Shown one piece after another: positions 59,782 through 64,000 of a stretch of DNA of 64,000 nucleotides. Location: the NCBI GenBank assembly GCA_963840165.1, contig CAWIXT010000006.1:410002-474001 (forward strand). Direction: 5' to 3'. Source of the stretch: an uncultured Gemmatimonadales bacterium (GTDB lineage: Bacteria > Gemmatimonadota > Gemmatimonadetes > Gemmatimonadales > GWC2-71-9). The translations under genes and the position numbers were made by a program. Position 1 is the stretch's first letter, and each line of letters begins with the position of its first letter. The notes beneath the pieces were generated by a model. It did no database searches and was not told where the DNA came from. It saw nothing but the letters and a program-made list of their open reading frames with translations.

Positions 59782-60578
59782 TGCGGATTCGAAGGCTGGT
59801 CTGTGCCGTCCTCCTCGGGACCGGTGTCGCGCCCCTGAGCGCCGGCGCGCAGGCCACTCGGGACGAGGCGCGCCTGGTTCTCGGTGTTTCGCTTGGATGG
59901 GTGGACGGCGCGGACCTGTGGTCGGTCAGTCCGCAAGCAGTGCAGTTCACCACTCCCACGGACAGCTTCGGCGTCAGCCGGCGGATCCGGTCGAATCTCG
60001 TGGTCGGCTTCGGGGGCACGTACTTCCCGAGCGCGAAGCTGGGGATCGCCGTGGAGGGCTTCCTCATCGGACTCGGCTTCGAGGACAACTGCCGCCACGT
60101 CTTCACCTCGGGCTCGGGCGAGGTCGCGGCAGTCTGCCAGTCGCTTCAGGGGCGCGTGAAGCCGGCAAGCGCCGTTACCCTGTCCGCGGGTCCGGTGTTT
60201 CGATTCAGCAGCCGGAAACGGTTATCTCCCTACGCCCGTATCAACCTGGGCCTTACCCTCAGCAACCAGAGCGCGATCAGAACCCAGGGAGAGTTCCCGA
60301 CCGATTCCGGACCATCAACCCTTGTGATTTACAATGATGACAAGACCTCGAGGGTCGATCCTTCGCTCGCCCTGGGGCTCGGAGTCACCGCGGCCCTCGG
60401 GAAGGGATCTCAGCTTCGTTGGGAGATCCGCGACAACATCCAGGGGATCCACCAGGTTACCGGATCCATTCCCATTGCCGGGTTCGTTCCGCCCCACGAG
60501 CTCGTATTCAAGCATCTTTTCAGCATGACGTTCGGCTTCGACATAATCCTGGAGCGGCGGAGGGGGCGTCGATATTGA
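59781..60578 (+). CDS. Putative outer-membrane beta-barrel protein
   Basis: Signal peptide to AGA-Q; strands SPYARINLG, ALGLGV, LRWEIRD, MTFGFDI; TGATG coupling. Confidence 0.6.
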   Translation: MRIRRLVCAVLLGTGVAPLSAGAQATRDEARLVLGVSLGWVDGADLWSVSPQAVQFTTPTDSFGVSRRIRSNLVVGFGGTYFPSAKLGIAVEGFLIGLGFEDNCRHVFTSGSGEVAAVCQSLQGRVKPASAVTLSAGPVFRFSSRKRLSPYARINLGLTLSNQSAIRTQGEFPTDSGPSTLVIYNDDKTSRVDPSLALGLGVTAALGKGSQLRWEIRDNIQGIHQVTGSIPIAGFVPPHELVFKHLFSMTFGFDIILERRRGRRY

Positions 60579-60579
60579 A

Positions 60580-60638
60580 GCGGGACAGCGGGACAGCGGA
60601 GCCTGCCCTGAGCGGAGCGAAGGGACCGAGGGACAGCG
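60580..60638. repeat. Octamer repeat (GCGGGACA) enclosing a small REP-like hairpin
   Basis: GCGGGACA x2 at 60580-60595, CCCTGAGCGGAGCGAAGGG at 60606-60624, GAGGGACA at 60628. Confidence 0.65.
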
Positions 60639-61246
60639 TGCGTGGAGCTATCCTGGCTGGTGGTGAGGCCAGCCGGTTCGGCGGCAAGCCCAAGGGCCTG
60701 GAGGTCGTAGGGGGAGAGCGGATCCTCGACCGGCTGGTCGAGGTGATGACAGCCGCGCTGGAAGAGCCGCCGCTCCTGGTCGCCAACGCGCCTGACGCTT
60801 CCAGCTGGCGGCCCGACCTGCGCACGGTGGCGGATGTGCGGCCCGGCCTCGGGGCCCTGGGCGGGATCTACACCGCGGTGGTCGAAGCACCCGCGCCGGT
60901 GGTGTGCGTCGCCTGGGACATGCCGTTCGTCTCGGAAGGTCTGATTCGCGCCCTGGCCGCGCAGCTCGCACGGCACGATGCCGTACTTCCGGAAAGCGGC
61001 GGGCGCCGAGGGGTCGAACCGCTGTGTGCCGCGTATGGCCCCGCCTGCCGGGATGCGATCGCCGCCAGTCTCACGGCCGGCGATCTGCGGGCCATCGGCT
61101 TCCACGACCGCGTCAGAGTCGGTATCCTCCCCCTGGCCGAGGTGCGCTCACTCGCGGACCCGGACCTCCTCTTCTTCAACGTGAACACCGCGGACGACCT
61201 CGCGAAAGCCGACCAGCTGTGGCGTCAACACGCATCATCTCGGTAA
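60638..61246 (+). CDS. mobA: Molybdenum cofactor guanylyltransferase
   Basis: AILAGGEASRFGG.PKG, GALGGIYTA, AWDMPF, EPLCAAY, FNVNT. Confidence 0.93.
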   Translation: MRGAILAGGEASRFGGKPKGLEVVGGERILDRLVEVMTAALEEPPLLVANAPDASSWRPDLRTVADVRPGLGALGGIYTAVVEAPAPVVCVAWDMPFVSEGLIRALAAQLARHDAVLPESGGRRGVEPLCAAYGPACRDAIAASLTAGDLRAIGFHDRVRVGILPLAEVRSLADPDLLFFNVNTADDLAKADQLWRQHASSR

Positions 61247-61752
61247 TTGGGCGGAAGAACGCCGGCAAGACGACGCTGGCGGTGGCCCTGACCAGCGAAC
61301 TGGTGCGCCGCCGGCACCGGGTCATGACGATCAAACATGGTCACCATCCCGCCACGGTGGACCAGCCCGGAACGGACACCTGGCGCCACTTCAACGAGGG
61401 CCGAGCCGAGCGAACTCTGATCGCCTCGCCGGAGCTGCGGGTGCTGTTCGAGCGCAGCGCTGATGACTACGACCCCGTAGGCCTGGCACGACGCTACATG
61501 GAGGGGGCGGATATCGTGGTGACGGAGGGGTTCAAGGCGGCCCCGCTGCCCAAGATCGAGGTCTTTCGGCGGGCCGTCGGCAACCAGCCCATCTATTCGT
61601 CGTCGGCCGCCAATGCGTCGGAATGGGTGGCAATCGTCACCGACGATCCTGACTTCGAAGCCGACTGTCCGGTGCTCCGCTTCCACGACACCATCTGGCT
61701 GCAACTACTGGCCAACCTCGCCTGGGACCGGGCCCTGGTCCTCGAGTCGTGA
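61219..61752 (+). CDS. mobB: Molybdopterin-guanine dinucleotide biosynthesis protein B
   Basis: GRKNAGKTT, IKH, DQPGTDTWR, EGFK, PKIEV. Confidence 0.93.
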   Translation: MASTRIISVIGRKNAGKTTLAVALTSELVRRRHRVMTIKHGHHPATVDQPGTDTWRHFNEGRAERTLIASPELRVLFERSADDYDPVGLARRYMEGADIVVTEGFKAAPLPKIEVFRRAVGNQPIYSSSAANASEWVAIVTDDPDFEADCPVLRFHDTIWLQLLANLAWDRALVLES

Positions 61753-63002
61753 GCCCCCCTCTCAGTGCCGCCGAAGCCGCGGAGAGGATCCTGCTCGACG
61801 TGCGGCGGCAACCCGAGCTGCGCATCCCACTCGACGACGCGCTTGGGAGCGTGCTGGCTGAAGATGTCGTCAGCCCGCTCGACATTCCGGCCTGGACCAA
61901 CTCCGCCATGGACGGCTACGCCGCCCGCGGTGCGGACGTCCGGGGCGCCAGCGAGTCCCAGCCGATCCGGCTTACCGTCGTTGAACATCTTCCGGCCGGC
62001 CGCTTCCCTACCCGCGCCATCGGTCCCGGTGAGTGCGCCCGGATCTTCACCGGCGCCCCGCTCCCGGAGGGCGCCGACAGCGTCATCCGCCAGGAGGACA
62101 CAGACGAGGGACCGAGAACCGTCACCATCATCAAGGACCGTGACGTTGGGGTGAATACCCGCCGGGCCGGCGAGGACATCCGGAAAGGAGCCACCGTGCT
62201 CACGGCGGGCACCGAGCTGGGAGCGGCGCAGCTGGGCGTGCTGGCCTCGCTCGCCGTCGCTCACCCCCTGGTGTACCGACGGCCCCGTATCGGAATCCTC
62301 GGTAGTGGCGACGAGATCGTGGATGTAGACCGGCCCGAGGAAATTCTGAGCGGCAGGAAGATCGCCAGCAGCAACTCCCATACGCTGAAAGCGCTGGTGC
62401 GTCAGACGGGAGGAGAGCCGGTGAACCTCGGTATTGCGGCCGACACGCCGGAAAGCCTGAAGGAACACCTGGCGCGGGCTACCGACTGCGATTTGCTGGT
62501 GACCAGCGCCGGGATCAGCGTGGGGGAGCACGACTACCTGCGTTCCGTGCTGGACGAGCTTGGTGCTACGCTGCGCTTCTGGAAGCTTCGTATGCGGCCC
62601 GGTGCGCCGGTGGGCTTCGGCTTGCTGGGCGCGCTGCCGTGGATCGGTCTGCCGGGCAATCCGGTCAGCACCATGGTCACCTACGAACTGTTCGTGCGGC
62701 CGGCGGTGAGAAAGATGATGGGGCACGGCCTCCCCTTTCGTCGCAGCGTGCCGGTGCGTCTCGGCGAGCCGATTTCCCTGAAGCCCAAACTCCAGCACTT
62801 TCTGCGCGCGGTGGTGACGGAGACCGATCAGGGTCCAGAGGCCCGACTCACCGGGCCACAGGGGTCAGGGATTCTGACCTCCATGGCCCGGGCCAACGCA
62901 TTGCTGGTGATCCCCGAGGGCCAGCATGAGACGCCGGCCGGGGGCCGAGTACAGGCTCTGCTTCTCAATGACCCGGTACATCAGGGGGACCCGGGGTTCT
63001 AG
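61749..63002 (+). CDS. moeA: Molybdopterin molybdotransferase
   Basis: SAMDGYA, IFTGAP, GDEI, SAGISVG..D, MRPG.P, LPGNPVS, QGSG. Confidence 0.97.
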   Translation: MSPPLSAAEAAERILLDVRRQPELRIPLDDALGSVLAEDVVSPLDIPAWTNSAMDGYAARGADVRGASESQPIRLTVVEHLPAGRFPTRAIGPGECARIFTGAPLPEGADSVIRQEDTDEGPRTVTIIKDRDVGVNTRRAGEDIRKGATVLTAGTELGAAQLGVLASLAVAHPLVYRRPRIGILGSGDEIVDVDRPEEILSGRKIASSNSHTLKALVRQTGGEPVNLGIAADTPESLKEHLARATDCDLLVTSAGISVGEHDYLRSVLDELGATLRFWKLRMRPGAPVGFGLLGALPWIGLPGNPVSTMVTYELFVRPAVRKMMGHGLPFRRSVPVRLGEPISLKPKLQHFLRAVVTETDQGPEARLTGPQGSGILTSMARANALLVIPEGQHETPAGGRVQALLLNDPVHQGDPGF

Positions 63003-63008
63003 AAAGAC

Positions 63009-63205
63009 GGTGAAGAGTGAAGGTGAACGGTGAACGGTGAACGGTGAACGGTGAACGGTGAGCGGTAAGCGGTAAGCGGTAAACGGTAAGCGGTAAACGG
63101 TAAACGGTAAGCGGTAAGCGGTAAACGGTAAGCGGTAAGCGGTGAACAGGGCCCCCACCACCCGTTCACCGTTCACCGTTCACCGTTTACCCTTCACTGT
63201 TCCCA
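63009..63205. repeat. Inverted heptamer element (GGTRARC)x~20 / (GTTYACC-like)x6 between convergent genes
   Basis: 63009-63147 (18 clean units from 63022); 63164-63205. Confidence 0.97.
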
Positions 63206-63206
63206 C

Positions 63207-64000
63207 TCAGAGCCCTACCGTCACCCTGCCATAGTAGAACGCGCCGTTAAACCCGAAGGGCGAGATCTGGTTGTACGGAAAGATTCCGAAGTTGTTGTTC
63301 CCCGCCGTCGTAGCATCTCCCTGATTGTTCTCGTCGGGATAGACGTCGAACACGTTGTCCACCCCGGCCGAGAGAGTGAAGCGCCCGTTGAACGTGTAGG
63401 AGACATTCACGTCGGTGATCCACTTGGCGCTGAAGGTCTGGTCCAGCGAGCCGTTAGTCGGCGTACCGAAGCTGGTCACCTCCCCGAATCGCTGGGTCCT
63501 GAGCGTCAAACCCAGGTCGTTGTGGTTGAAGACTCCGCTGAGGTAGATATTGTCCTTGGGTTGACCGACCTCGATGCGGGCCCGCTCGACCCGGTCGAAG
63601 AGCGTCTCCTGGAAGGCGCTCAACGCCGGCGGGGTGGGCGCAACCCGGAGCACCCGGTTGACGTTGTAGTTGAAGCCACCTGTCAGCCTCAGTGTGCTGG
63701 TCGCGCCGACCGGGAAGCCGTAGTTCGCCACGATGTCCACGCCCAGGGTTCGGGTGTCGATGGCGTTGGTGAAGTAGCGCGCGCCGGCGATGTTGGGAAA
63801 GCCTGCGTTGGTCAGGAAGGTGACGACCGCGGGCTGGTTGAAGTTGCCGGAAAAGACGATGCGGTCATCGATCAGGATCTGATAGTAGTCGGCAGTGATG
63901 GCGAGGTTTTTCACCGGATTGAGGGCAACGCCGAAGCTGTAGTTCTGCGATTTCTCGGCGGTGAGCGGCTGCGCGCCGAGCGCCTGCGCGACATCGCTGC
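63207..64000 (-). CDS. TonB-dependent receptor, C-terminal part (partial)
   Basis: Frame open to window edge (LTAEKSQNYSFG); DYYQI.IDDRI, GVDNVFDVYPD, SPFGFNGAFYYGRV. Confidence 0.9.
   Translation of the reverse strand, partial: SDVAQALGAQPLTAEKSQNYSFGVALNPVKNLAITADYYQILIDDRIVFSGNFNQPAVVTFLTNAGFPNIAGARYFTNAIDTRTLGVDIVANYGFPVGATSTLRLTGGFNYNVNRVLRVAPTPPALSAFQETLFDRVERARIEVGQPKDNIYLSGVFNHNDLGLTLRTQRFGEVTSFGTPTNGSLDQTFSAKWITDVNVSYTFNGRFTLSAGVDNVFDVYPDENNQGDATTAGNNNFGIFPYNQISPFGFNGAFYYGRVTVGL

Noticed and set aside
62865..63176. 103-aa ORF with FTAYRLP repeats
   Set aside because: Translation of the heptamer array, antisense to the moeA end

Overview
High-GC bacterial DNA. Gene content and synteny suggest Gemmatimonadota, but this is inference only. 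The left arm (1-5.3 kb) holds metB/metC 3' end, an M48 peptidase, purD, mutM, a truncated UvrC-like nuclease and VanZ. A visibly lower-GC ~25 kb island (~5.3-30.8 kb) carries a secreted Ig-like protein and a minus-strand Wzx/Wzy exopolysaccharide cluster: uxs, wzc, wza, RCC1 lipoprotein, priming GT, five GTs, SGNH, NTase-like and phosphodiesterase-like proteins, GDP-Man epimerase, sulfotransferase, methyltransferase and a GINT1-like propeller. Core genes follow: futalosine-type menaquinone genes (heavily frameshifted, probably read errors), an ECF sigma/anti-sigma operon, DUF4126, DUF62, mrp, nifU, nrnA, three APC permeases, guaB, a KaiC-like ATPase with a hybrid kinase, gpmI, an fdhD-mobA-mobB-moeA cluster and a partial TonB-dependent receptor. 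The most notable non-coding signals are four. (1) The guaB leader has a promoter, a leaderless 26-codon uORF coupled to guaB, a terminator hairpin and an antiterminator, suggesting GTP-sensing start-site attenuation. (2) About 11 gene-junction elements of mostly inverted 7/8/15-nt tandem-repeat arms share one polarity and are absent from the island. (3) Several TANNNT-N6-ATG leaderless promoters occur, some abutting those repeats. (4) A SigW-type promoter overlaps the sigma gene stop codon and points at the anti-sigma gene. No rRNA, tRNA, CRISPR array, integrase or transposase was recognised.
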